From NCBI GenBank assembly GCA_964484795.1, contig CAZAFN010000003.1:789-64788 (forward strand): a stretch of 64,000 bases of DNA. Reading direction: 5' to 3'. Shown here one piece after another: positions 39,444 to 49,743 of the stretch. This stretch comes from an uncultured Alphaproteobacteria bacterium. GTDB taxonomy: Bacteria; Pseudomonadota; Alphaproteobacteria; Methylaequorales; Methylaequoraceae. The translations under genes and the position numbers were made by a program. The notes beneath the pieces were generated by a model. That model was not told the DNA's origin and did not search any database. It worked only from the letters and a program-made list of their open reading frames with translations. The stretch's first letter is position 1, and each line of letters begins with the position of its first letter.

Positions 39444-40652
39444 CTAAATTTCATTATTTAATATGTTTTGATACAGAATCACATCTAAGGATTGTCCGGA
39501 TTTAGAAGATCTTGAGTATGGCTTTCTCATTAATATGCCGTCAGATTCATTTAAAATTTTTTGCAATGAACTATCTTGATTATCAAATACTTGAAAATGT
39601 TTGCGTGATTTATTATCCAATTTAATTCTTAAAAAAGATGTTAATTTATTATTGTTATTAATATCATTCTTAGTAATTAACTTCTCTTGAGATAATTTTA
39701 TGTATTCAAAACCATAAAATGAGTTGATATAAATCGGAAAGAAAAGCAACATAGTTATAAAGCATGACACAGGATTCCCAGGTAAGCCCAAAAAGAATTT
39801 TGTTTTATTAAACTTTCCAAATGTAGTTGGCTTTCCAGGTTTGATAGCTACTCTATCAAATAGAATTTTAAGCCCTTTTTTTCCAAGTGCTTTCTTTACT
39901 ATGTCATATTTTCCCCTTGAAATTCCACCTGATGTTATAAGAATGTCAAAATCATTTGTTTTATTAAACGATTTGATTAATTCATTTTCATTGTCTGTTG
40001 TCGTTGAAATATTTAATATTTCACCACCTAGCTTAGTTGCTAAAAATTTTAGCAAAATTTCGTTAGATGATTCAATTAATCCTTTTTTATTTGTTTTACT
40101 TTTTAATTCGTCTCCAGTTAAGATTATATTGATTCTAGGTTTTCTCTTTACTAGAATTTTTTTTATTTTCATTGTTTTGGCTAATGATATTGATCTAAAG
40201 GTTAAAATATCTTGTTTATGAAGACAAACTTGTTTTTTCTTAAAATCCAACCCTTTTTTTCTAATAAAGTTTTCTTTTGGAATCTTATTAATAAATATTT
40301 CTTTGCCAGAAGTTTGTATTTGAAAGTTTTCTTTTGGGACTACTATTTTATTTTTGCCTGGAATTGGTGCCCCAGTATAGATTAATTTAGCTTGTCCTGA
40401 TTTAAAGTCTTTGGAAAAAAAATTTCCTGCCTTTGACTCTCCAACAATTTTAAATTTTTTTTTCTTTTCATCTTTTTTTAAAATAACTGCTCCATCCATT
40501 GATGATAAATCCATTCTAGGTGAATCAAATTTAGATTTGTAGTCAGTCGCAAGAACTCTAAGAGAAGATTTTTGTATATTTACATATTCATTTTTTCTAG
40601 ATATGGAAACACTGTTTTTAATTATTTTGCAAGCATCACAAAATTTTTTCAT
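39444..40652 (-). CDS. moeA: Molybdopterin molybdenumtransferase MoeA
   Basis: About 402 aa with MoeA domain order and the SGGISRGKYD and GLPGNPVS motifs. I prefer ATG 40652 (17-nt overlap with moaC) to GTG 40679. Confidence 0.9.
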   Translation of the reverse strand: MKKFCDACKIIKNSVSISRKNEYVNIQKSSLRVLATDYKSKFDSPRMDLSSMDGAVILKKDEKKKKFKIVGESKAGNFFSKDFKSGQAKLIYTGAPIPGKNKIVVPKENFQIQTSGKEIFINKIPKENFIRKKGLDFKKKQVCLHKQDILTFRSISLAKTMKIKKILVKRKPRINIILTGDELKSKTNKKGLIESSNEILLKFLATKLGGEILNISTTTDNENELIKSFNKTNDFDILITSGGISRGKYDIVKKALGKKGLKILFDRVAIKPGKPTTFGKFNKTKFFLGLPGNPVSCFITMLLFFPIYINSFYGFEYIKLSQEKLITKNDINNNNKLTSFLRIKLDNKSRKHFQVFDNQDSSLQKILNESDGILMRKPYSRSSKSGQSLDVILYQNILNNEI

Positions 40653-41118
40653 TTTTAAAAATTCCTGATCTACCACCACTTTTATAAAGTAATTTTAAAT
40701 CTTGTATACATATTGATTTGTCAATTGCCTTGCACATGTCATAGATTGTTAGTGCGGCAATGGAGCAAGCTGTTAATGCTTCCATTTCCACTCCGGTGTT
40801 TGAATTAGTTTTAACAGTTGAGTGAATTTCTATCGTATGTTTTTTTAGATTTTTTTTGTAGTTAATTTCTATGGAAGAAAGATTAATATTATGGCAAAGT
40901 GGTATCAGTTCATCGGTTTTTTTTGCAGCCAAGATTCCAGAGCACTTAGCCAGGTTAAATATTTCACCTTTGGGTGAGCCTTCTTTCATCAATTGATTAA
41001 AAGAAGATTTTTGGAATTTAACTGAGCAAAAAGCACTAGCTATTCTCTTGGCATCCTTTTTTTTTGAGATGTCGACCATTTTAATTTCTTTATTTTTATT
41101 TATATGACTTATTTTCAT
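40636..41118 (-). CDS. moaC: Cyclic pyranopterin monophosphate synthase accessory protein MoaC
   Basis: 160 aa with the MVDISKK start region, GVEMEALTA and ALTIYDMCKA motifs. Confidence 0.95.
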   Translation of the reverse strand: MKISHINKNKEIKMVDISKKKDAKRIASAFCSVKFQKSSFNQLMKEGSPKGEIFNLAKCSGILAAKKTDELIPLCHNINLSSIEINYKKNLKKHTIEIHSTVKTNSNTGVEMEALTACSIAALTIYDMCKAIDKSICIQDLKLLYKSGGRSGIFKNEKIL

Positions 41119-41888
41119 TTTTTGATTAAATCAACTGTTGTGTTATAAATATTATTTGATTTCATTAGAAACTCACCGATTAGAAATGCATCAGCACCAT
41201 AGTTTGAAAATTCTTTTAATTGGTGATTGTTGTTTAGACCACTCTCACAAATTTTTATGATATTCTTTGGTACTTTATTTGAAAGTTTTTTAAAATTGTT
41301 GATATCAATTTGAAGAGTTTGCAAGTTTCTATTGTTAATTCCAATGCAATCCACTTTTAAATTTATTGCCCTATTAAGTTCTTTGATATTATGAATTTCA
41401 CAGATTACATCTAGACCAATTTTTTTTGCAAGTTTATAGAATTTTGACATTCTTTTGTCATCAAGTATAGCTAGAATCAATAAAATACAGTCAGCACCAT
41501 AAAAATGGCTCTCATAAATTTGCCATTCATCTAGGATAAAATCTTTTCTAAGTATTGGTAATTTAACCTCTTTTTTGACCTCTCTTAAAAAATTAATATC
41601 ACCATGAAAAAATTTTTTTTCAGTTAAAATTGACAAGCATCTTGCTCCAGCTTTTTCATATTTTTTGGCTATTTCAATTGGATCAAAGTCTTTGCAAATC
41701 AAGCCTTTGCTTGGTGAGCTTTTTTTTATTTCTGCAATAAGGTTGAATGATTCTTTGCTTTTTTTTTTTAAATTTAATAAAAATTTCCTAATCTTTTTTT
41801 TTTTAAATTTTTTTTTGAAATCATTTTCTTTTTTAAGTTTTTTTATCTCATCAATTTTATATTGGCATATTTTTTCTAGTTTGTTCAT
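41115..41888 (-). CDS. trpC: Indole-3-glycerol phosphate synthase
   Basis: 257 aa with IAEIKKSSPSKG, LRKDFILDEWQIYES and INNRNL motifs. Confidence 0.95.
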   Translation of the reverse strand: MNKLEKICQYKIDEIKKLKKENDFKKKFKKKKIRKFLLNLKKKSKESFNLIAEIKKSSPSKGLICKDFDPIEIAKKYEKAGARCLSILTEKKFFHGDINFLREVKKEVKLPILRKDFILDEWQIYESHFYGADCILLILAILDDKRMSKFYKLAKKIGLDVICEIHNIKELNRAINLKVDCIGINNRNLQTLQIDINNFKKLSNKVPKNIIKICESGLNNNHQLKEFSNYGADAFLIGEFLMKSNNIYNTTVDLIKK

Positions 41889-41889
41889 A

Positions 41890-42927
41890 TTAGTAATTTA
41901 TTAATGATAATAGTTTTTTTTGTGCTAAACCATTGTCAATGTTTTTTCTTGCAAGTTCTAATCCTTCATTTAGATTTTTAACTTTGTTAGAGACAACTAA
42001 ACCTGCAGCTGTATTTAATATTACATTATCCCTTATTGCTCCTGTTTCACCTTCAAACAATCTCTTCATAATAAATGCATTTTCATCAGGAGTCCCACCT
42101 TTTAGTTCATTTTCATTTCTTATTTTTAAGCCAATTTCTGTAGGATTAAGATCTTTTTCTTTAAAAATTCTTTTGTTCTGAACCTCAATTATTTTATTGG
42201 ATGAAGTAGTTGTTAATTCATCATAACCATTTAGATTATAAACAACCCAGGCTTTTTTAATATTAAATTCTTTCAGACATTTTGCATGTGTGCGTAGATT
42301 AGATTTACTACTTACACCAAGTAATTGATATTTTAGTTTAGATGGGTTCAGTAGTGGTCCTAGAAGATTGAAGATGGTTTTAAATGGAAGTAATGCTCTG
42401 ATTTGAGATACTTTTCTTAATGATCCATGAAAATTTGGAGCAAAGAGAAAGCATATTCCATGTTTATTAAAAAATTTTTTTTGTTCTTCAATATTTAAAT
42501 TAATTTTTATTCCTAGAGATTGTAGAACATCAGTGCTGCCGGATTTGGATGTAACTGATCTATTTCCATGTTTTGCCATTTTTATATTAAATGTTGATAA
42601 CAATATTGAAACGGCTGTTGAAAAATTAAAACTATTTTTATTATCACCTCCAGTTCCGCATGTATCCATTAAATCACCTTTTAAGGAAATTTTTTTTGCT
42701 TTTTTCTTTAAATGTTTTGCAAAAGCAAATATTTCTTCAAAACTTTCATTCTTTATATTTAAAAGAGTCAAGATGCTAGATAATTCAACATCATCTATCT
42801 GCTCATTGAAAATTGTTTTCACTAAGAATTGAGAGTCTGAAGAATTCAAGTCTTCTTTTTTTAATAATTTTTTGAAGATATATTCTAAATCTATTTTTAG
42901 ATTTTTTTTAGTGACCAATTTAATCAT
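41890..42927 (-). CDS. trpD: Anthranilate phosphoribosyltransferase
   Basis: 345 aa with MDTCGTGGD, KHGNRSVTSKSGSTDVL and LGPLLNP motifs. Confidence 0.96.
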   Translation of the reverse strand: MIKLVTKKNLKIDLEYIFKKLLKKEDLNSSDSQFLVKTIFNEQIDDVELSSILTLLNIKNESFEEIFAFAKHLKKKAKKISLKGDLMDTCGTGGDNKNSFNFSTAVSILLSTFNIKMAKHGNRSVTSKSGSTDVLQSLGIKINLNIEEQKKFFNKHGICFLFAPNFHGSLRKVSQIRALLPFKTIFNLLGPLLNPSKLKYQLLGVSSKSNLRTHAKCLKEFNIKKAWVVYNLNGYDELTTTSSNKIIEVQNKRIFKEKDLNPTEIGLKIRNENELKGGTPDENAFIMKRLFEGETGAIRDNVILNTAAGLVVSNKVKNLNEGLELARKNIDNGLAQKKLLSLINY

Positions 42928-43505
42928 AATTTTTTTGAATTTACAAAATTTTTAAGCAATTGATGCCCAAAATCTGTTGCTATACTTTCTGGATGAAATT
43001 GAACTCCGTATATTGGTAGTTGCTTATGTTCAAGTCCCATTATCACCCCTGATTCAGTGTTTGCAGTTATCTCAAGACATTTTGGTGTAGTTTTTTTTTC
43101 AACTATTAGTGAATGATATCTAGTTGCTGGAAATGGATTATTAATTTTTTTAAAAAGAGTGGAATTATTGTGAAAAATTTTACTAACTTTGCCGTGTACA
43201 GGTTTTCCACTTTGAATTACTTTTCCTTCAAAAGATTCTGCAATTGCTTGATGACCAAGGCAAACTCCTAGCAAAGGTATTGATTTGGTCATTTTTGCAT
43301 TTTTCTTAATTAAATCCAAACAAATACCAGAGTTTTTTGGTGAACTAGGGCCTGGGGAAATAACTAAGAAATTAGGTTTTAATTTTAAGATATAATCGAC
43401 AGTTTTTTCATCATTTCTAAACACTCGAACATTTTGTCCAATTTCTTGGAAATAGTGAACAAGATTGTATGTAAAACTATCGTAATTATCAATTAATATA
43501 AGCAT
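42924..43505 (-). CDS. trpG: Anthranilate synthase component II (glutamine amidotransferase; TrpG/PabA type)
   Basis: 193 aa with ILIDNYDSFTYNL, the catalytic GVCLGHQ, and HPES. Confidence 0.95.
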   Translation of the reverse strand: MLILIDNYDSFTYNLVHYFQEIGQNVRVFRNDEKTVDYILKLKPNFLVISPGPSSPKNSGICLDLIKKNAKMTKSIPLLGVCLGHQAIAESFEGKVIQSGKPVHGKVSKIFHNNSTLFKKINNPFPATRYHSLIVEKKTTPKCLEITANTESGVIMGLEHKQLPIYGVQFHPESIATDFGHQLLKNFVNSKKL

Positions 43506-43508
43506 AAA

Positions 43509-45011
43509 TTATTTAAAATTGCTGGCATGAGCACAAGCAGTTAAAAGAGCTAAGGCCTTATTTTCCGTTTCTTTAAATTCATTTACTGGCTTGCTATCAG
43601 CAACAATTCCAGCACCAGATTGAATATAAATATTATTGTTTTTTATCAGTGCAGACCTTAAAGCAATGCACGTGTCAATGTTGCCGTTGGAAGAGATGTA
43701 GCCAACTGAACCTGCATAAATATTTCTTCTGCTTTTTTCTAGTTCTTCAATGATCTCAATAGCTCTAATTTTAGGAGCTCCCGTAACTGTTCCAGCTGGA
43801 AAACCACTGAATAAAACATCTGTACTATCGTTATTTTTGTCAAGTTTTGCGTCTATGTTTGACACAATATGCATTACGTGTGAAAAATATTCAATATACA
43901 TTTTGTCAGTAACCTTGACCGATCCAGGAATAGAGACTCTGCTAATGTCATTTCTACCAAGATCAAGTAACATTAAATGTTCTGAAATTTCTTTAGGATC
44001 GTTAATTAGTTCATTTTTCAATTTTTTATCTTCTTCTTTAGTGTTTCCTCTTTTTCTTGTTCCAGCTATAGGTCTGATGGTTACTTTATCACTTTGAAGT
44101 TTGATCAATATTTCTGGACTGGATCCTATAATTGTGAAATCATTAAAATTCATAAAGAATAAATATGGTGAAGGATTTAAATGTCTTAAAGCTCTGTATA
44201 TAGACAGTGGCTGGACATTAATTTTTTTTTTAAAAATTCTTGATAATACTACCTGAAAAATTTCACCCTCAAATATATATTTTTTTGCTTTATTAACCAT
44301 TCTTTTAAACTCTTTAAATGTTGTATTAGATTCTACATTATGAAAAACATCTATTTTTTTTTTAAAGGAATATGTTTTTAGATTTGATTTAGATAGTGGC
44401 TTATTAATTTTCTTTATTATTGCTGATATATCGTTTTCTGCTTTTTTAAATGATTGAGTTGAGTTTAATTCACTTGGAGAAACTATTTTGGTAACATATA
44501 GTTTGTCATTGATATTATCGAACACAAGAGTTGATGAAGGTCTTACAAAAATTGACTCAGGTAGTTTTAGAGAATCTTTTTTGCTTAAATTTAAATTTTC
44601 AAAATACTTAATCATTTCATACCCCAAATATCCAAATAATCCAGTGGCAATAGAAGGTATTGATTTGGGAGTTTTAACCTTATTTTTGTTAATGAGATTC
44701 TTAAGACTTAATAAAGGATCAATTGTTTCTTTTGTTACGTTATTTTTTTTTTGGTTAAGATTAGTGGTTTTGCAAAAGTTATTTTCACATTCCCAAATTA
44801 TATCAGGATTCAAACCAATTACAGAATATCTACCTTTTTGACTTCCTTTTTCAACAGATTCAAATAGAAATAAATACTTTTCTTCATCTAACTTAATTAA
44901 TACTGATACTGGAGTGTGTACATCTGCTGAATAAGGTGCATATAGAACCTGATCAATTCCGGACTCATAATTTTTTTTAAATAAATTTAGATCAGGTTCA
45001 AAGATATTCAT
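43509..45011 (-). CDS. trpE: Anthranilate synthase component I
   Basis: 500 aa with LMLLDLGRNDISRV, FPAGTVTGAPKIRA and GAGIVADS motifs. Confidence 0.96.
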   Translation of the reverse strand: MNIFEPDLNLFKKNYESGIDQVLYAPYSADVHTPVSVLIKLDEEKYLFLFESVEKGSQKGRYSVIGLNPDIIWECENNFCKTTNLNQKKNNVTKETIDPLLSLKNLINKNKVKTPKSIPSIATGLFGYLGYEMIKYFENLNLSKKDSLKLPESIFVRPSSTLVFDNINDKLYVTKIVSPSELNSTQSFKKAENDISAIIKKINKPLSKSNLKTYSFKKKIDVFHNVESNTTFKEFKRMVNKAKKYIFEGEIFQVVLSRIFKKKINVQPLSIYRALRHLNPSPYLFFMNFNDFTIIGSSPEILIKLQSDKVTIRPIAGTRKRGNTKEEDKKLKNELINDPKEISEHLMLLDLGRNDISRVSIPGSVKVTDKMYIEYFSHVMHIVSNIDAKLDKNNDSTDVLFSGFPAGTVTGAPKIRAIEIIEELEKSRRNIYAGSVGYISSNGNIDTCIALRSALIKNNNIYIQSGAGIVADSKPVNEFKETENKALALLTACAHASNFK

Positions 45012-45015
45012 TTTG

Positions 45016-46905
45016 TTAGTTTAACTGGTCAATTACGTCATCATTAATAGTTATTTTGTATTTCTTTCTTAATGCTTCAGAAAATTGAGCTAGCATATCT
45101 AATGTTAGATCTTCTTTTATTTTTTTTGTAAACTCCTTGATTTCTGATGGATCATTAGCTAAATCATTTAAAATTTCAACAGTTTGTGCAACAACGAATT
45201 CAGTCTCTCCTCTTTGAATTATATTCACATCACCTAATTTGGAATCAAAGATTTTACTTATCAATGGTATGGGTAATTCACTGCTATCAGGGAGAACCCT
45301 GCTAAAAGGTTTTACACCTTTTATTTCTAAACTATATTTCTTAGCTACTGCTGAAAACGTACTTCCTTGTTTGATTTCATTCTTTATCTGATCTGCTTTA
45401 TTGGATGCACTATCAAGTTTTAATTTCTTTATTAATGCCAATTTAACTAATTTTTTTGCCTCATCAAATTCAAGTTGTTTAGGTTCTATTATTTCAGTGA
45501 CTATACTTATAGCTAACCCTTCATCTTTATCTATATCAATTAGATTACCTTCTTCATTAATTTTTTGACCAAAAATTGACCTTAAAATTCTTTCATCTTG
45601 ATAATCTTTATGTTTTGATCCATCATTATGTCCTCCATTACGGTCAATTTTATCTGCTTTTATCAGTGTTACATCAAGAGTTTCAGATATCTCTTCAAAG
45701 GTATTACCTGATGCCAGAAGATCTTCAAGATCATCCTGCATGTCAAATACAGCCTCTTTTCCTTTTTCTAATAGAACTTCGTTCTTAAATTTTTCTTTGA
45801 CTTCGTCAAATGTAACTTCTTTTTTATCTATTTTTTTAAGTAATTTGATAATATGCCAACCAAAAGAACTTTTAATTGGTTTTGAAATGTCATTAACTTC
45901 TAGATCAAAAGTTTTTTCTACAATCTCATCAGGTAATTCATTTTTAGTGTTCCAACCTAAGTTTATATCTTCCTGAGATAGATTTGCTCTGTTTTTGGCA
46001 ACAATTACAAAATCTTTTTTTTTCATTAATTCTTCGTATATTGAATTTGCTTTTGGTTTTTCATCAACTAATATTTGATAAAGATATCTTTGTTCTGGTT
46101 CAATCAATGATTCTTTTCGTTCATCATACAAAAGTCTAATTTCCTCTTCAGTAACCGTTAATTTCTTTGCGTATTTTTTGGCATCTAACAAAAGAGTTTT
46201 AGCGCTTCTATATTCATCTGATATAAATTTTTCTTTATTATTTTCATAAAAGTCTCTTATTGAGTTTTCATCAGGAGATTTAACGATTTCACTATTTGAA
46301 TTAATGGAAACGTAGTCGACGGATCTTTCCTGCAAATTATATTCTCCAAGTTTATTTTTCATTATTTCAGGAATAGTTAAACTAGATCTAATTGTTTCAA
46401 CCATTTGTTCTCTTGCAAGATCTTGCCTTGTTCCCTCAACATATGAGTCTTCAGTGTAACCAGATTCTGATATAAGTTGTCTAAACATCAACTCACTAAA
46501 CTGTCCTAAATCATCTTTAAAAGCATCATCCTTGATAATTTTATCTCTCACATTAACATCGCTGACTGAAAGTCCTAATTCAATTGCTTCGTTATTAAAT
46601 AATGCTCTATTAATTAAAGAGCCTAGGGCTCTGTCTACGTAGCCAAATTCTCTTGATTTTTCAATGCTTAAAGCTGAACCTAGTAATTTTCTAATCTCTT
46701 TTGTTTGCCTTGTGTATAAAGAATAAAACTCCCTAGAAGATATATCAATACTACCAACCGATGCCACAGTAGTTTGTTTTTTGTTTACACCAACTAGATC
46801 CTCAGTTCCCCACATTGCAAAACTTATAATAAGTATTGTTAATAGTGTTCCTAGTACGATTTTAACTATTGAGTTTTTTGAACCATCTCTTAAATTTGTA
46901 AGCAT
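45016..46905 (-). CDS. ppiD: Periplasmic chaperone / peptidyl-prolyl isomerase PpiD (membrane-anchored, parvulin domain)
   Basis: 629 aa with an N-terminal TM anchor (IVLGTLLTILIISFAMWG), SurA-like regions and a parvulin core (SFGWHIIKL). Confidence 0.85.
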   Translation of the reverse strand: MLTNLRDGSKNSIVKIVLGTLLTILIISFAMWGTEDLVGVNKKQTTVASVGSIDISSREFYSLYTRQTKEIRKLLGSALSIEKSREFGYVDRALGSLINRALFNNEAIELGLSVSDVNVRDKIIKDDAFKDDLGQFSELMFRQLISESGYTEDSYVEGTRQDLAREQMVETIRSSLTIPEIMKNKLGEYNLQERSVDYVSINSNSEIVKSPDENSIRDFYENNKEKFISDEYRSAKTLLLDAKKYAKKLTVTEEEIRLLYDERKESLIEPEQRYLYQILVDEKPKANSIYEELMKKKDFVIVAKNRANLSQEDINLGWNTKNELPDEIVEKTFDLEVNDISKPIKSSFGWHIIKLLKKIDKKEVTFDEVKEKFKNEVLLEKGKEAVFDMQDDLEDLLASGNTFEEISETLDVTLIKADKIDRNGGHNDGSKHKDYQDERILRSIFGQKINEEGNLIDIDKDEGLAISIVTEIIEPKQLEFDEAKKLVKLALIKKLKLDSASNKADQIKNEIKQGSTFSAVAKKYSLEIKGVKPFSRVLPDSSELPIPLISKIFDSKLGDVNIIQRGETEFVVAQTVEILNDLANDPSEIKEFTKKIKEDLTLDMLAQFSEALRKKYKITINDDVIDQLN

Positions 46906-46907
46906 TG

Positions 46908-46936
46908 TTCACAATTAATTTAAAAGTCTGTATAAC
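46908..46936 (+). promoter_or_regulatory. Candidate tpiA promoter (TTCACA-17 nt-TATAAC)
   Basis: TTCACA at 46908-46913 and TATAAC at 46931-46936 in the 37-nt divergent ppiD/tpiA spacer. The -10 ends 6 nt before the tpiA ATG and there is no SD. AT-rich background, so support is weak. Confidence 0.3.
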
Positions 46937-46942
46937 ATAATT

Positions 46943-47680
46943 ATGAATCAAGATACATTAATTGTTTCAAATTGGAAGATGAATTTGAATTTTGATAGTG
47001 CCATACAATTAATCAACAAAATAAAAAAAATAAAATTTCCAAATTCTTCTAAAATTAAAAATATTATTTGTCCTCAATTTCTTTTGATTCCTCAAATTTC
47101 TAAGCTTGTGATGAGAAGTAAAATAATTTTAGGTTCTCAGGATTGTCATCACAAAATTAGTGGTTCATTCACTGGAGATAGTAGTTTGGAATTGTTAAAA
47201 CATTTTCATTGTAGATATGTTATTCTCGGTCATTCAGAAAGAAGAATTTACCATTATGAAAATAATATGATGGTTAGGAAAAAGGTGGATTTTGTGTTAG
47301 CTAATAAACTTAATCCAATTGTATGTGTTGGTGAATCACTTAAAGAAAGACAAAATGGAAAATATCTTGAAACTATTTCAAAACAACTTGATGAATGTCT
47401 TCCTGAGAAATTAAAATCCATTGTAATTGCTTATGAACCTGTTTGGTCAATTGGTTCGGGATCAACACCAACTTTCAAAGAAATTTCAGAGATTAATGAT
47501 TACACTAACAATTTCTTACGCAAACAAAAGAAAATTCAGAAAGTAAGCTTTTTGTATGGAGGTTCGGTGAGTTCAAAAAATTTTTTTGATATAATGAATC
47601 ATTGTAATGTTAATGGAGCACTTATTGGTGGATCTAGCATTAAATTTGATGAGATAAATAAAATTCTTTTATATGCTTAA
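46943..47680 (+). CDS. tpiA: Triosephosphate isomerase
   Basis: 245 aa with NWKMN, ILGHSERR and AYEPVWSIGSG motifs. Confidence 0.96.
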   Translation: MNQDTLIVSNWKMNLNFDSAIQLINKIKKIKFPNSSKIKNIICPQFLLIPQISKLVMRSKIILGSQDCHHKISGSFTGDSSLELLKHFHCRYVILGHSERRIYHYENNMMVRKKVDFVLANKLNPIVCVGESLKERQNGKYLETISKQLDECLPEKLKSIVIAYEPVWSIGSGSTPTFKEISEINDYTNNFLRKQKKIQKVSFLYGGSVSSKNFFDIMNHCNVNGALIGGSSIKFDEINKILLYA

Positions 47681-47719
47681 TTTTATTGATTTTTTTTGAT
47701 TATTTACTATTGTTAGCTA

Positions 47720-48076
47720 ATGTTTTCTATAATACTATCTATTCACATTTTGATTTGCATTTTTCTTGTGGTTGTAGTTCTTCTTCAACGTTCTGAAGGG
47801 GGTGGTCTTGGTATTGGTCAATCAAGTGGTGGTTTGGGTGATTTTTTGTCTGCAAGAAGCACATCAAATATATTAACAAAAACCACATCATTTTTAGCGG
47901 TATGTTTTTTCTTAACTAGTTTTTCTTTAGTCCTAATATCAAACAAAAAATTTGATAAGGAGTCTATTATTGATTCATCTGAAGATTCAATTATTGATAG
48001 ATTAGATCTTATACCTGAAGAGTTTGATGTTGAACAAAAAAACAGTGAAGAGGAACTTAGTGTTCCTGTTGAATAG
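47720..48076 (+). CDS. secG: Preprotein translocase subunit SecG
   Basis: 118 aa with two TM helices and the LLQRSEGGGLG motif. Conserved tpiA-secG-pyrG order. Confidence 0.9.
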   Translation: MFSIILSIHILICIFLVVVVLLQRSEGGGLGIGQSSGGLGDFLSARSTSNILTKTTSFLAVCFFLTSFSLVLISNKKFDKESIIDSSEDSIIDRLDLIPEEFDVEQKNSEEELSVPVE

Positions 48077-48108
48077 ATTGTATTTCTATTTTAACTTAAA
48101 ATTAAATT

Positions 48109-49731
48109 ATGACTAAATTCATCTTTATTACTGGTGGTGTCGTTTCATCGCTTGGTAAGGGCATAGTTTCTTCATCTATAGCTTCATTATTAAAATTGTC
48201 AAATTACAAGGTTAGAGTTAGAAAGTTAGACCCTTATCTTAACATAGATCCTGGGACTATGAATCCATCTCAACATGGAGAGGTATTCGTAACTGATGAT
48301 GGTGCTGAGACAGATATGGATTTGGGTCATTATGAAAGATTTACAGGAATAATTTCAAAAAAAAGTGATAACATTACCACTGGAAAAGTATATTCTGAAG
48401 TTTTAAGGAAAGAGAGAAAAGGGGATTATCTTGGTTCCACTGTTCAAGTAATACCTCATGTCACCAATGAGATAAAAAATTTTATAAAACGGGATTTAAA
48501 TAAGGAAGATTTTGTTATTTGTGAAATTGGTGGTACGGTTGGCGATATTGAAAGTTTGCCTTTTTTAGAGGCGTTAAGACAATTAAGAAATGAACTTGGA
48601 AAAAGCAAAACTTTTTTTATTCATTTAACTTTGGTTCCCTATATTTCCTCAGCAAATGAATTTAAAACCAAACCAACTCAACATTCAGTTAAAGAACTTT
48701 TGGGCTTAGGCATTCAACCAGACTTGTTGCTTTGTAGAACAGAACAAGAGTTTGATAAGGCAGCCAAACATAAAATTTCCTTGTTTTGTAATTTGTCTTT
48801 TGATTCTGTGATAATGGTGGAAAATGTTAAAACAATCTATGAAGTGCCTCTTAAACTATTTAATGAAGGTTTGCTCAGACAATTGTATGCTTATTTTAGG
48901 ATGAGAAATCCAAAAAAAATAAATTTAAATTTGTGGAGAAATTTTTTAAAAAAATTTAGGAATTTAGAAAGATCTGTTGAAGTAGCTATAGTTGGAAAAT
49001 ATACTAATCTATCAGAATCCTATAAATCCCTTAATGAAGCACTATTTCATAGTGGGATTTTTAACAATACAAAAGTTAATATATCTTGGATTGATTCTAG
49101 AAAATTAATTAATTTTAAAGAATGCTCAAAAATTCTTTCAAAATTTAATGGTATTTTAGTTCCAGGAGGATTTGGAAAAGATGGTTCTGAAGGAAAAATA
49201 AATGCTATTAAATTTGCCAAAAAATTTAACATTCCATTCTTAGGAATTTGTTTTGGTATGCAACTGGCTATTATCGAATCAATTAGAAATTTGGATGGTT
49301 TTGAAAAAGCTTCATCAACAGAATTTGGTAAAACTAAATTACCTATAATTTCTATGATGCATGAATGGATTAAAAATAATAAAGTTTTGAAGCAAGATCT
49401 CCAAAATCTTGGAGGTAGTATGAGACTTGGGTCTTATGAATCAATTTTGAAAAAGGGATCTATAGCTTACTCAATTTACAATAAATCTAAAATATATGAA
49501 AGACATCGTCATCGATATGAGGTAAATTACAATTTTAAAAATGATATTGAGAGAAGTGGTTTAAAATTTTCAGGTATGTCGCCTAGTGGTAATTTGGCTG
49601 AGATAATGGAAAAAGATGATCACCCTTGGTTTTTGGGTGTTCAGTTTCATCCAGAACTAAAATCTACTCCTTTTAAACCTCACCCAATTTTTAACTCTTA
49701 TATTGAAGCTTTAATAAAAAACAAAAGTTGA
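48109..49731 (+). CDS. pyrG: CTP synthase
   Basis: 540 aa with ITGGVVSSLGKG, the GATase catalytic GICFGMQ, and HRHRYEVN. Confidence 0.98.
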   Translation: MTKFIFITGGVVSSLGKGIVSSSIASLLKLSNYKVRVRKLDPYLNIDPGTMNPSQHGEVFVTDDGAETDMDLGHYERFTGIISKKSDNITTGKVYSEVLRKERKGDYLGSTVQVIPHVTNEIKNFIKRDLNKEDFVICEIGGTVGDIESLPFLEALRQLRNELGKSKTFFIHLTLVPYISSANEFKTKPTQHSVKELLGLGIQPDLLLCRTEQEFDKAAKHKISLFCNLSFDSVIMVENVKTIYEVPLKLFNEGLLRQLYAYFRMRNPKKINLNLWRNFLKKFRNLERSVEVAIVGKYTNLSESYKSLNEALFHSGIFNNTKVNISWIDSRKLINFKECSKILSKFNGILVPGGFGKDGSEGKINAIKFAKKFNIPFLGICFGMQLAIIESIRNLDGFEKASSTEFGKTKLPIISMMHEWIKNNKVLKQDLQNLGGSMRLGSYESILKKGSIAYSIYNKSKIYERHRHRYEVNYNFKNDIERSGLKFSGMSPSGNLAEIMEKDDHPWFLGVQFHPELKSTPFKPHPIFNSYIEALIKNKS

Positions 49732-49743
49732 AATTATTATAAA

